Shown here in pieces: positions 26,172 through 39,802 of a stretch of DNA of 64,000 nucleotides (its first letter is position 1; the number at the start of each line of letters is the position of its first letter). The DNA is taken from assembly GCF_006345805.1 (NCBI RefSeq), contig NW_021836311.1:1-64000 (forward strand). Reading direction: 5' to 3'. Position numbers and translations under genes: made by a program. The notes below the pieces were generated by a model. The model was not told where the DNA came from, made no database searches, and saw nothing but the letters and a program-made list of their open reading frames with translations. Source of the stretch: Octopus sinensis. Its lineage: Eukaryota.

Positions 26172-26485
26172 AGGAATACTCCGTCGGTTACGACGACGAG
26201 GGTCCCAGCTGATAGGATCAACGGAACAGCCTGCTCGTGAAATTAAGGTGCAAGTGGCTGAGCAATCCACAGACAGGTGTACCCCTAATGTAGTTCTCAG
26301 GGAGATTCAGCGTGACAAGGCCGGCCCTTCGAAATACAGGTACAACTCATTTTTGCCAGCTGAGTGGACTGGAACAACGTGAAATAAAGTGTGTTGCTCA
26401 AGGACACAACGCGTCGCCGGGAATCGAACTCACGACCTTACGATCGTGAGCCGAATGCCCTAACCACTAAGCCACGCGCCTTCAC
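26172..26485 (-). mobile_element. tRNA-derived SINE, group C, near full length
   Basis: A-box TGGCTTAGTGG, B-box GAGTTCGATTCCC, CORE-like GTGTCCTTGAGCAACACACTT, tail ...GTCGTAACCGACGGAGTATTCC shared with 30801-31060. Confidence 0.88.
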
Positions 26486-26650
26486 AATAACCACTAACAC
26501 AGATGCATAAACACATACACAAACACATACATAGATGCATAAACACATAAACTGATATACGCACACAACGACACATATGGAGATATGCACGCAGTCAGAT
26601 ATACAACATCAAATACTTTTTGTGTGTATACATTAATATAGGTTTGTAAC

Positions 26651-26694
<44 letters not shown>

Positions 26695-27259
26695 TATATA
26701 TGTACACATGCATATACATACATGACATTGTTTACCTGAATGCGTTCATACACATAATGGCATATATTTATATACACGTATTTACATACATGTATATTCA
26801 TATCAAATATGAGCGTCTGTGTGCCAGTGAGTGTATCTGTCCTTTTGTGAATGAACCAAACAAAAGAGATGAAAATCCACGAAGAAAGAAACAAAATCTC
26901 ATACAACAAAAAACAAAAAAGAAATTACTTATGATCCGAGTGGGGCTCAGCTGGTCCGGTTTTTCATCAATGATAATTTTGCTGTCACAATATATCCAAC
27001 ACTACAGCGTCCCTCCATTTACCTCCCCCAATTCGTATTTTTGTCGCTCACAGATTATTTCGTATTAACGGAAAACTAATCCGCCATTAAGTTTACGCTT
27101 GAACAAGCCTGTAACAGTTTCGAACCTGGTCATTAGGGAACAGATCATTATTATTATTATTATTATGATTGTTATTATTATTATGATTGTTATTATTATT
27201 ATTATTATTATTGTTATTATTATTATGATTGTTATTATTATAGTTGTATAGTTATAAGG

Positions 27260-27628
27260 AAGGCGGCGAGGTGGTAGAATAGTTAGCGCACCGGAGCAAA
27301 TGCTTAGTGGCATTTCCTCCGTCTTTACGGTCTGAGTTCAAATTCCGTCGAGGCCAACTTTACCTTTTTATCCTTTCGGGGTCGATACATTAAGTACCAG
27401 TTGAACACTGGGATCGATATAATCAACTAGTCCCTTCCCCCAAATTTTAGGAACTATAACTATAGTAGAAAGGATTATTATTACAGTTGTTATGATTATT
27501 ATTATTATTTTTGTTGTTGTTGAGGCGACGAGTTGGCAGAATGCATAACGTCACTTCGTTTGTCATTATACGCTCTAAATTTAAATGCCGCCGAGGATGA
27601 CTTTGCCTTTCGTCTCTTTGGGGTCCAT
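27260..27628 (+). mobile_element. SINE group A full copy (27260-27482) followed by a decayed partial copy (27522-27628)
   Basis: Collinear with other group A copies. Confidence 0.8.
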
Positions 27629-30055
27629 ATACGTATATATGTAGAGGGAGGGAGAGAGAGAGAGAGAGAGAAGGGAGGGAGAGAGAGAGAATGGTAGGAG
27701 AGGGGGACACGGAGAAAGCGAGACAGACAGAGATGGAGGGAAGGGAGGAGGAATATTCATACGCGTAAGTTCATAAAGAATTGTACTCATTTGCTGCCGG
27801 ATACAACTATCAAACGTTTCGGACAAGAGTCATTCTTCATAAACAAGTACCACTGAATCTTATAACATGGCTGCCTAAAGAAGAAAATAAATAAATAAAA
27901 AGCATTTCCAAAAGCAGCTAGAGTGGTGTCAGGCGTAGCCCTAAATAAACAGAGGTGAGTGGTGGCAGACTTAAGCAGCAACACACGCATCTTTCTCGCG
28001 TAAATTCGTAGCATCGTAGCGAGCACGTGAGTAATCGAAACAGACAAGCTCTCCGTGGGGCTTATTCCCATTAAATACATTAATACCACTTCGCAAAATA
28101 CAGTTCTTCCTTTGAACAGTCATCCTCTCGGCGTCATTACGATAAATATATATGTATAAATGTGAGTGCGTGTGTGTATGTATATATATATATATATAAT
28201 ATATATATACATACATATATATATATGTGTGTGCGTATACATACATATATATATATATGCACACACATACATGCATACATACACACGCACTCACATTATA
28301 TATATACGTCCGTCAACGTACGCATGCATGTGTAGAAAGCCAATTCGCCAACCTTTCGTAGGAATGACATTGGTGATAAGAAGTCCGTTTATTTACTTAT
28401 GTATTTGTTTTCCAGTAAATTGCTGGCAGTACTTATGAAGTTAGTTGTGTGCGTTGAGAATGTATTAACTAAGTAGATAAAGTACTATACTGGGGGTACT
28501 TATCGACCTGTTTATCTCGATGACATCTTCAAGATCCATGGAGCATATTGAGTTAATATACCGATGTTATCAGAGGATGGACTATTAATTCGAATAGGAA
28601 TCATAGCCGAAGTCTATATGTGCGTGCTTGTGTGCGCTGTGAAGTTTTATGTGTGTATGCGTATGTGTCTGATGTGCGTATCCCTGTGTGAGTGTTTGTG
28701 TGTGTGTGCGTGTGTGTGTGTGTTTGGTGTCATCTGGTTATGTGTGTTTGGATATATTTCTGTCTGTGTTTATGTGCATGCGCGTACATGCTGTTCTTTG
28801 AGTCGATATATATGTATGTATGTGTGTATGTATGTGTTTGTGTGTGCACACAGGCGCTCAGACACGTATATTCATGCCCCACACACAGACACACACATAT
28901 ATATATACATATCCATTATATGTGTGTGCGTGTGTTGGTATAAGAATGCATGTGTGTGAGCAATCAAGTAATAACGGTACACATACACACAACTACACAT
29001 ACACGCATACACATACACACACACACACACGAATATATGCTCAATCGACTGCAAACAAACGCAAAAGCGTATAAAGAAATACCAGCAGAACACAGATAGA
29101 GAAAATGAGTTGGAAAGCGAACATCAATATGCTTACACATGGAACAAATACAACACATACACACACATCCGTGTGTATGTGTGTCCATACATATGCATAT
29201 GTATATGAACGCACGTATACACACGCGTATGCGCGTAGATAAGAGAATACACATTTAGTTGTGTCCATGTACGTATAATAATCAAATATCGATACCTACA
29301 TACATATACAATTTCATGCGCCTAATTAAACTCATTAGCACATAGGGACACATAGATTATGTAGAGGAGAAAATATACATATTCATTATCGTTTAGTAAC
29401 CTAAACATTTTCACACTTCCACGTACATACACATATATACATAAATATATGTGTGTATCTGCCTGTGTGTGTGTGTTTCTGTGTGTACGTTAATCTCTAC
29501 GTGTATGGACTCTAACATAAGCGCATACACGTAGAGACAGGCGTACACACAGAAACACAGACGCAGACAGACGTATATTCAAACACATAGACCTTACAGA
29601 GTAAGGGCCACAAAAGGACAAAGTCTACACATACACACACGAATCAATCTACACCATATTACACCACTTCCATACCACAGTACCAACACCCTCGCCACCA
29701 CGAGACCACTACATGTCCTACATCCGCTAACAACGAACAACACACAGTCCAGTTGACACGAGAATCTGAATTAGTGATGGGAGAAATAAACACTTAAAAT
29801 TTAGCCATGCCAATGAATTCGAGGCTGTAAACAGTCCTAATCTATTTAGTATATGAGCTGGAATCAAAGTGAAAACGAGGCTCTTCTGTCTATTTGGAGT
29901 CTCTATTTACTTGTTATGATGGATTGCTCTTACACGAAGACGACTTTGGTAATTCCAAGAATTTCTCTAACCACATATGCAAACGTACATACTTACAATG
30001 CATAGATTCACAGGCATACATACAAAATATACACATCATTCTATACATACATACA

Positions 30056-30088
<33 letters not shown>

Positions 30089-30473
30089 GCATACATACAT
30101 ACATACAAACAATCACACGTACATTCATACAAAAACTTACGTACATGCATACATAGACATATATATGTATATATATATATACATATATATTTTCTTACAC
30201 ACACACACATATATATACAGATACTGAATTATTCTGTTCAATGGCCATTATATATACATACGAAACAGCGCATGTCTGGGCAGAGACAAAAAAAAACAGT
30301 ATATACCCATAAAGACAAACAGACAGACACACACGCACACAGAGTTATACAATGTTGGTATACGCGTCGTTTATATAGAAGTCATCAAAATATCACAGAC
30401 ATATATACAAACAAAAATGTCACCAAGCACTGATCTAATTTTATGCTCACAACGAGTTATATGTGTGTGCGTC

Positions 30474-30521
<48 letters not shown>

Positions 30522-30597
30522 GTGTGTGTGTGTGCGTGCGTGTGTGCGTGCGTGTGTGCTAGCGGTTTCGTGTATTTGCACACATTTATTATATTCA

Positions 30598-30746
30598 TAT
30601 GAGGGGTACTAAAAAGTTCCTGGGCCTAAGGGCATCGCGAAAATGGCCTCTAAATGAGTGGGTGAATCTGAGAGGGGAATATGTTGAATAAATTATCATA
30701 ATTAATTGATCCGCCTGCATTTTCCTTTACCCAAAGCCCCCTCATA
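30598..30746 (+). mobile_element. Mini mariner derivative (~149 bp)
   Basis: Ends TATGAGGGG / CCCCTCATA; internal LRGEYVE* matches a typical mariner transposase C-terminus. Confidence 0.65.
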
Positions 30747-30800
30747 ATACAATCGACAGAAAATCGTACGAATCATTTATTGTACATGGCAGTCACACAT

Positions 30801-31060
30801 GTAGTATTCCGTCGGTTACGGCGGTGACGCTTTCAGCTGATCAGATCTTCGGAACAGCCTGCTCGTGAAATTAACCAGCCAGTGACTGAACACTCCACAG
30901 ACATGCGCACCCTTAACATAGGGACATTCAGCATGACACAGAATATGAGAAGGCTGGCCCTTTGAAATACACGTACCACTCATTTTTGCCATCGGGAATC
31001 GAACTCATGTCCAAACGATTGAAAACTTAAACCCTAATCACTAAGCCACGCGCCTTCAAC
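30801..31060 (-). mobile_element. SINE group C with internal deletion
   Basis: Collinear with 26172-26485 but lacks the CORE-like block. Confidence 0.8.
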
Positions 31061-31148
31061 GCACATATAAACTGTAACTTCGTATCTAACCATACATCAT
31101 TACTCTCTCTCACACACATACACACACGTACGTACATACATACATTGT

Positions 31149-31452
31149 ATGTTTGTTCCTTCTCGAGCCATGCCTGGCTCATTAGGGCCGGTTTCCCGGT
31201 GTCCTTGGCGTATAGGTTCCCCACCTCGAAGGGACGCCGGTCCGTCGCAGGTTAGCTGCAGAATGCAGGAGGAAAGAGTGAGAGAAAGATATGGCAAAAG
31301 AGTCAGCAGAAGTTCGCCACTACCTTCTGCCGGAGCCGCCTGGAGCTTAGGTGTTTCGCTCATAAACACACACATAGCCCGGTCTGAGATTTGAACACGC
31401 GATCCCTCGACCGCGAATCCGCTGCCCTAACTACTAGGCCATGTGCCGCCAC
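31149..31452 (-). mobile_element. tRNA-derived SINE with V-domain-like tail
   Basis: A-box TGGCCTAGTAG, B-box GTGTTCAAATC, CTGCGACGGACCGGCGTCCC motif (31229-31250), tail shared with 7271-7530; ACATACATACAT on both flanks. Confidence 0.85.
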
Positions 31453-32116
31453 ACATACATACATATATATCAACAGCAATATGATTACGCAGACGCATAT
31501 TTTTTCTCTGGGAATTTTGAATGAAAATTCACAAGACAAAGCTAACCCCAGACTTCAGAGAAAACACTCGTCCTTGAGAATTAAGCGATGTGTAATATCT
31601 ACCTTATAACTTTCTTTACATTTCCAACTTCTGTATTATAGCATGTGTTTTCAATGTCATAATTAGAACAACAGCAAAATGTGCTAATTTAAAAAAATAT
31701 ATATATAGACAGTTAGATTTATATCTAGGTTATATATTTGTCTATTTTATTCCCCCGCCCCTTGTTTGCCTGTTTTCTTTCCTCGTCGCTTCCGGTTTTT
31801 TGGGGTTTTTTTTGTACATCGGCCTCTCTCACTCTCTTTCCTTCTTCACACACGCGCGCGCGCATGAAACTTAGCTTCGCAAAGAAGTAAGGGGCACTAA
31901 TCGAAACAAAATTGACGTAAACGATGAAAAACGAGATTTCATTGTCAAGCGCCCTCTATCCGCGGAGATAGCGATGGCTGCAATCGAAAGACAACATATT
32001 AGCAGCTCAAACGCGTCGGGGATTAAACACTGCATTTTCCCCTTTCATTTTACGTTCACAACCAGCAGTAGCCAAGATTAAAACAAAGCCATATATTACT
32101 AATATTATTAGATTCA

Positions 32117-32118
32117 GC

Positions 32119-32192
<74 letters not shown>

Positions 32193-32204
32193 GCGCGCGC
32201 ACGT
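32117..32204. repeat. Alternating purine-pyrimidine tract (GCAC)n-(AC)n-(CG)11
   Basis: Directly visible. Confidence 0.9.
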
Positions 32205-32465
32205 CCTTTGTTTTTCCCTGTTCATACTTGACCAATGCTTTATCTCTAGATTTCAATTTTCACATCTTTCTCCGGAATATCTGTTTTTCATTAGTTATGT
32301 CTGAAAATGGTCTTACACTACGTGATTAGTTATGTCTGACTCTGCTTATATGCCCTTCGGTCATTTTCGCTCTCTATTACCCGAATGTCTTTAACTTGTC
32401 CAGTGATATATTTTCCCATTATATATTTCTATGTCTGTTTGTTATTAGTTTCTCTCTTACTCTCT

Positions 32466-32511
<46 letters not shown>

Positions 32512-33187
32512 CCTAGAATAACCATTGATATCTTTATATCACTATTCTTCTTTATCTCTTAAAATAAGAACCAAGACTCATGTTTCAGATGAGGGAACCA
32601 CCTTATCGAGTCCAGTACATAACTGGTATCGATTCTATAATCTTAGTCTATAAGTCATGAATTTATATCTCGCAATAGTACCACAAAGGAACCGGCAACT
32701 GCACATGAATCGAAGGATCGATATACACGACCAAAATAACAATGGATTGTACCTCAGCAAGGTAACGGTCTCTGTCTGTGTATATCTGTCTCTGTCTGCA
32801 AGACTATCCATATTTGAGGCTCTGGAGAAGCTGTGTGGTTTTACTCAAGCACTCAACTCATAGCAGAAACAACTGTAACCTACTGAAGTCATAAGATAAT
32901 CGTTTATTCTTTTATCATTTCCTTTTCTTACGCCCCCCCCCCCACACACACACGCACACATACACACACAAATACACACACAAATACACACACACGCATG
33001 CCTACAAGGTAGTCTGCCAGTATCGCCGCAGCCACATGACTGAAAAAAATAACAAGAATAAAATATATATATATATATATACACACACACATACACGCAC
33101 ACATACAGTGAAAACCACAAACATATATGGACTGATAATGTTGTCATCCTGTTATTAGTATTTCAAAGGTTATCACTCAGAATTTGA

Positions 33188-33412
33188 AAGACAGCAGGCT
33201 GGCAGAATCGTTAGCAAGCCAGAAAAATCGGTTAGCGGCTTATTGCTCGTATTTACGTTTTGAGTTCAAAGTTCGTCGAGGTCGACTTTGGTTTTCTTTC
33301 CTTTCGGACTTGATAAAATGAGTACCAGTAAATTACTGGGGACCCCGATGTAATCGACTTTCTCTCTCCTCAAAACTTCTGGGCCTATGTTAACATTTGA
33401 ATCCTTTATTAT
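33188..33412 (+). mobile_element. SINE group A (A1)
   Basis: Collinear with other group A copies. Confidence 0.78.
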
Positions 33413-34544
33413 TGCAAAGGCTCCAACCGAAATTGACCACAATGTGTAGATCCCATTCTACATACATACATACGCGTATAAGCGTCTATTCGAATGCGTG
33501 TATAAGCGTGAGTAAATATATATGTGTGCGTGTATGCAGGTGCGTGTAGATGTATGTGTGTAGTTTTTGTCTTACTAATTTGTTTTTGTTTCCGCCTTGT
33601 ATATTTTCCCTTCCTCTTCTCTCTCCCACCTGACCCCTATTTAGCTTCCCTGTTGATGTCTCGTTGCGTTCCCTTTCTTGCCAACGAATTCTCGCCGGAA
33701 CGAAGACAAGTTACTAATTAGCCTTGTTAAGCTTTAACTTTGCAGATGTTTAAAACTTTTCCCTCCTCCACCATCATAGCCACTAACCACACAATCTCCC
33801 CCTGTTCTTTGCGTTTTCGTAACTTTTCTAACCCAAACCATCTTATTACTCTCTACTACTACTACAGCTACTATCAGCACCGCCACCACCATCATCGCCA
33901 CCAACCCTACTCCTTATTCTTCTTTTTCTCACACGAAGATGCTAACCCCTACCTTATGTAGAACAAGCTATCAATCATTTGCTTTGTCCTCACTACTTGC
34001 TGGAGCATCTATGGTGCGTGCTATGGAACAAAAGCACACAGCCAGGCACACACACATACACACACATACAAACGCACTGACATGTACACACAAACACACA
34101 CACACAAACACACACACACACACTGCGCTAGTAAGCCTGATTCTGTAGAATGCTCAATTCTCTATGATACAACTATAATACAACTATAATAACGAAACCC
34201 AATTGATGAGAAGGACTTACAAACACAATGAAATATAAATTTGAACATATATATATAATAACTAGCGATACCATAGCAGTCCGTATAGCATCCAAAATAT
34301 ACTAATGAAGCATATTAAAGGTTTAGAAGTCAATATCGTGTCTTTTTTTTTTTATATCAGTGCAATATTCTCATTTTTAAATGTTAAACTATAGATTCCC
34401 TATAGAATTTAGAGCAACCACTGTAAGGTACGTAGATTCGTATACGAATAAGTCTACGTAAACAATGCGATCGAAGATTTAAAAAAAGTTAACTACTGTA
34501 TACACATATTTCGGGAGTTATTGCACTTTTATCAGCATCAAGAG

Positions 34545-34961
34545 TGGCTTGCTTACAAAACCACATGGTCATACGATCAGTCCCACTGCTTGGCACCTTG
34601 GGCAAGTGCTTTCTACTATAGCCTCGGGCCGACCAAAGCCTTGGTCGGATTTGGTAGACGGAAACTGGAAGAAGCCCGTCGTATATGTATATATATATAT
34701 ATATATTATATATATATATATATATGTATTTCTTTCTACTACCCACAAGGGGCTGAACACAGAGGGGACAAACAGGACAGACAAAGGGATTAAGTCCATT
34801 ACATCGAGGCCAGTGCGAAACTGGTACTTTATTTATCGACCTCGAAAGGATGAAAAGCAAAGTCGACCTCGGCGGAATTTGAACTCAGAGTTCAAATATA
34901 TATATATATATATTATATATATATATATATGTGTGTGTGTTTGTGTGTGTGTGTGTGTGGT

Positions 34962-35013
<52 letters not shown>

Positions 35014-35245
35014 TATGTATGTGCGTGCATGTTTCTGTGTCTGTGTTTGTCCCGCCACCAACATCGCTTGACAACCGATGCTGGTGTGTTTATGTAATCG
35101 CAACATTAGCGGTTTGGCAAAAGAAACCGATAGAATAAGTACTAGGCTGATAAAGAATAAGCTCTGTTGTGTATTTGCTCGACTTAAGGCAGTGCTCCAG
35201 CATGGCCGCAGTCAAATGACTGAAACAGGTAAAACATAAAAGAAT
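34545..35245 (+). mobile_element. SINE group B with a nested group A SINE in its central microsatellite
   Basis: Head GGCACCTTGGGCAAGTGC and 3' block GCTCCAGCATGGCCGCAGTCAAATGACTGAAAC flank the insert. Confidence 0.85.
34726..34897 (-). mobile_element. 5'-truncated SINE group A (tail A2) nested in SINE B
   Basis: A2 tail ...CCCTTGTGGGTAGTAGAAAGAAATAC shared with 43617-43787 and 58317-58497; ends in a 10-bp fold-back. Confidence 0.85.
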
Positions 35246-35477
35246 ATATATATATATATATATATATATTCTATATATATATATATATATATGACTTGTT
35301 CTATAATATTATTGCTATAGATTTGTACCATCCTTAACAAGATACATATTGTGAATTAATTTTGAGAGTAAAAAATAAGACACAACTGTTTGTAAGTTTG
35401 GTTTTTGACATGTTGGATATTATTAATTTCTTTGTCATATTACTTAGAAATGCCTATATTACAATCTGTCTCTCTTC

Positions 35478-35510
<33 letters not shown>

Positions 35511-36127
35511 ATATTTATATATATATATAGATATATATATATATATATATATTATAATATATATATATATAACACAGACGCTCACCTGTACGTAAGTATC
35601 TGGCAATTTTGCATTCTTGTAAGGAAGCGTGTATACAAATACATATGTATGCTTTATATAATAAAAAAAAAAAAATGGAGCCGATGAAACAATGAAACAT
35701 AACAGCGCTATAGAGAAGAAGCGAAGTCTGAAAAGAAAAAAAAAAGTGGGTGAGTACAGACGGGTTGGGGTTGATAGTTGATGAGTGTTTAGGAAATGGA
35801 AGACAGGCAGATTGACAGACCAAAGAGATATGGAACGAGAATGACCGCGATAACGTTTGTTGAAAAACATATGTTTATGTAGGACTACAGCAACACGCAT
35901 ATACACTCACACACATCCACGAACACATAGACAAACAGACAGGCAGACAGACACACACACACACACACACATGGTCTCACATCTACAGACACACATCACA
36001 AGTACACACACATACGTACACACACAAAGAATATTGACACAGAATCACACAAAATATGCTTACATACAAACGCACAAGCACACACAGATGCATACACAAA
36101 TGCACACACACACAGACACACACACAG

Positions 36128-36177
<50 letters not shown>

Positions 36178-36264
36178 CATGTATTTTTCTACGTATCTCT
36201 CTTTTTCTCTTTGTATCTTCTGATGATGATAAATAGATAGATAGATATAGATAGATGTCTATGA

Positions 36265-36676
36265 GGTAAGTAGCTTGCTTACCAACCACATGGTTCTGGG
36301 TTCAGTTCCACTGCGTGACACCTTGGGGTACTGTCTTCTACTATAGCCTCGGGCCGACCAGAGCCTTGTGAGTGGATTTGGTGAACGGAAACTGAAAGAA
36401 GCTCGTCGTATATATGTATATATATATGTGTATGCATATGTTTGTGTATGCATATGTTTGTGTGTCTGTGTTTGTCCCCCCACCAACATCGCTTGACAAC
36501 CGATGATGGTGTGTTCACATCCCCGTTACTCAGCGGTTCGGCAAAAGAGACTGATAGAATAAGTACTAGGCTTACAAAGAATAAGTCCTGGGGTCGATTT
36601 GCTCGACTGAAGGCGTTGCTCCAGCATGGCCACAGTCAAATGACTGAAAGAAGTACAAGAGTAAAAGAGTAAAGAG
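36265..36676 (+). mobile_element. SINE group B, uninterrupted, slightly 5'-truncated
   Basis: CORE-like block, central TA/TG repeat and (AAAGAGT)n tail in order; used as the reference copy. Confidence 0.88.
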
Positions 36677-37286
36677 TATACACACACGCACAGAAACGCT
36701 CAAGAACCAAAAGTCTTGGTAGTAAGAATTGGGCGACAAGAAAAAAGCGAAGAAATGAACAGACGGAAAGGGAAGCAGCGAAAAGAGAACGGTAGCGACG
36801 ATGGCGGCGAGGACAGGAAAACAGAGAACAGTAAAGTTAATCAAGTGAACAAAGAGTTTTTCAAAGTTAATTAATTTAGAAAGTCACAGCACAGAATATA
36901 AGAGATATTTTTCCTCCAACGCTCTACGAACGTCTATTATATATGTTTCGTTTCTTTAGCACGATAAGATCAGACAGAGAAGAAAATATGGCGCATTTCC
37001 ACTTTACTCCTTCGTTCGTTCATCGTTCATTCATTACTCGATTGTTTTGATATTTTTAGGTGTTTTTCTTTCATTTTGTTTCTATAGTTTATTTCATATT
37101 TTGTCTTTGTTTTTAAATTTTCTTTTAATTTGTGTATTATCTTTTATTTTGTCTTTCATTAAATCTACTTCTTCCATCGTTCTTTCTTTTCTAATTCTAT
37201 TTATTCCTTCCCACTTTCATTTTCTAATCTTTGTTTCTTACATTCATTTATTCCTTCCTTCCCCTTTTTTGCTTTCTCCCGTTCTT

Positions 37287-37346
<60 letters not shown>

Positions 37347-37659
37347 ACTTCCTTTTTACTCTCTATCTGTTTTCTTGCTTTCTCTCTTATCATTTTCATT
37401 CCTTGTTTGCTCTCTTTCTCTCACCGTTTATCTCTATATTTATTTATTTGTGTGTTTGATTCCTTATTTCGTTCATTCTTTCTTCTTTTTTTTTAATAAG
37501 AAGATAATGAGACAAATAAACAGGTTCGGTGAATTCATAAAAACAACGGAAACCAACGGAAAATTTGGGGCGGGGAGTCAAAACCCCGGAGAACAAAGGA
37601 AGAGTGACAGTGAGAACACGAATGAGAGATGGGAGAAGATAGGGAGAGGGAGAAAGCTG

Positions 37660-38400
37660 GTGTGCATGAGATGTGAGATGCTGGAAAGATAAGACGAGGA
37701 ATGATTAAGATGTTTGGGACTGTTGAGATGCAAGATATAGGAAGTGAGATGTAATGTGTGAGGTGTGCGATGTTAGCAAATAGAAAAGGTTGTGTAACAT
37801 AAAGATTGAGTTAGTAGGTACATACGTGTGCCTGTGTGTTCCTACGTATGTGTAATTTCCTCTGTGTTTACTCTAATGTGTGTGTGTGTGTATAAACTAA
37901 AGAGAAAAAGAGTGAGAACGACCATGCATATGCGAGAGAATGAGATTGAAGATAGGAAACGTGAAATTTAAGACATGAAATGTAAGATTCGGAGGTCGGA
38001 GACGTGAGATGTAATGTCTTAAGATCTGATGGATTAGATTCATGGTTTAGACTGAGGGCTGTAAACTTTAAGATGAGAGATAAGAATGGTGAAATGTAAA
38101 ATGTAAAGAGAGGGACCTGCGAGGTTTTAGATGTTAAGATACGAAGAGTGAATTGGGAGAATGTGCTGGTAGTAAATTGTCAGGTGTGAGATGTTAGATG
38201 CAATGAATAAGCTGTAAATTGTATGATCTCATATGAGATGAGAACTGAAAGAAGTATGATGTAAAATGTAAGTTATGAAATACGGTTGTGAGTAGCAGAA
38301 TGTAAGATTTGGCGTGTGAAATATGAGATACATGTTGTGAGAAGTGAAATCTAAGATTCGTCGTGTGGAATGTGAGATGTGAGATATGAAATGTGAAAAT
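37660..38400. repeat. Cryptic decayed heptamer array, consensus about ATGTGAG/ATGTAAA
   Basis: Recurrent GTGAGAT, GTGAAAT and GTAAGAT units. Confidence 0.5.
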
Positions 38401-38539
38401 TTAATTGCTGATAATGAGAGAGTGCATACCTGAATAATACGAATACTCATTATCGCTGGAGGGAACGGGTAGGGGGATGATGACGAAGAAGTAAACCGAT
38501 GATAATAAAGACGAGGGGTTTATTATGATTATGTTCGTG

Positions 38540-38870
38540 CCTATGATGATGCTGGTGATGAAGCTGATGATATGGTAATGATGAAGATGATGATGATGGT
38601 GTCGACGATGACGGCGACAAAAATTAGTACGATAGTGATAATGATGACGACGACGATGATGACGATAAAAATGTCGCCAACAAACACGCCAAAGATGATG
38701 ATGACTATCATGTTGATAATGATGATGATGATGATGATGATGATGATGGTGACAACGCTGATGACGACAAGAATGAAGACGTCAACGACGACGACGACGA
38801 TGATGATGATGGCGATGACGATGATGATGACGATAACGACGATGATGATGATGATGATGATGATGGCGGA
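38540..38870. repeat. (ATG)n/(ACG)n trinucleotide array
   Basis: Directly visible; source of the poly-M ORF. Confidence 0.9.
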
Positions 38871-39122
38871 TTTGAAACTTAAGATAAAATGAACTTAAAA
38901 CGTAGATAATGAAGAAACAGGGAGTGAAAATTGAAAAACTAAATAAAATAAAATAAATTAATCAAACAAACACCACTGATTGTAATCAACGTGCTGCAAC
39001 GGAATAAGATTAAGTGTGAACATTAGAAAACATACAAGGGCAACAGAGTGTGTGTGGAGCTTAGATGCACCGGTGTGAATGCAGCATTAGATTTAGGGTT
39101 ATGCATGTGTGTGAGCGTGTGT

Positions 39123-39539
39123 TTGAGTGTATGTATGTGTGTGGGCATGCCACATGTCAGTGTATAATTGTAATTGTGCGTAGGCACTTGCGTGTGTGTA
39201 TGTGCGTGCATGCATGAGGGCATAGACGTAATGTATAACGGTATATGTGTGTGTGTGAGCGCGTGTACGTCTGTGTGTATGCGGTGTATTTATTTATGAG
39301 TGGATGTGTAAAGGGACTAGTGTGTGTGTGTGTACTTGAGTGTATGTATATGTGTTGGCATGCTACATGTCAATGTATAATTGTAATTGTGTGTGTGTGT
39401 ATGTGCGTGTATATATGAGGGTATACACATAATGTATAACGGTATATGTGTGTGTGAGCGCGTGCATGTCTATGTGTATGCGGTTTATTTATTTATTAGT
39501 GGATGTGTAAAGGGACTATTGTGTGTGTGCGTATGTATG

Positions 39540-39570
<31 letters not shown>

Positions 39571-39740
39571 ACTTGAGTGTATGTATATGTGTGGGCATGC
39601 TACATGTGCGTGTATGTGCGTGTATGCATGAGGGCATACACGTAATGTATAACGGTATATATGTGTGTGTGAGTGCGTGTACGTCTATGTGTATACGGTG
39701 TATTTATGAGTATATGTGTAAAGGGACTAGTGTGTATGAG
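39123..39740. repeat. Three tandem copies of a ~170-240 bp unit
   Basis: Units start at 39123, 39336 and 39573; each has GGCATGC(C/T)ACATGT, TAATGTATAACGGTATAT and GTGTAAAGGGACTA. Confidence 0.85.
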
Positions 39741-39771
39741 TATGTACGTATGTACGTATGTGTGTGTGTGA

Positions 39772-39802
<31 letters not shown>

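Noticed and set aside
34427-34458. Near-perfect 28-bp palindrome with a 4-nt insertion
   Set aside because: AT-rich and isolated, with no associated element.
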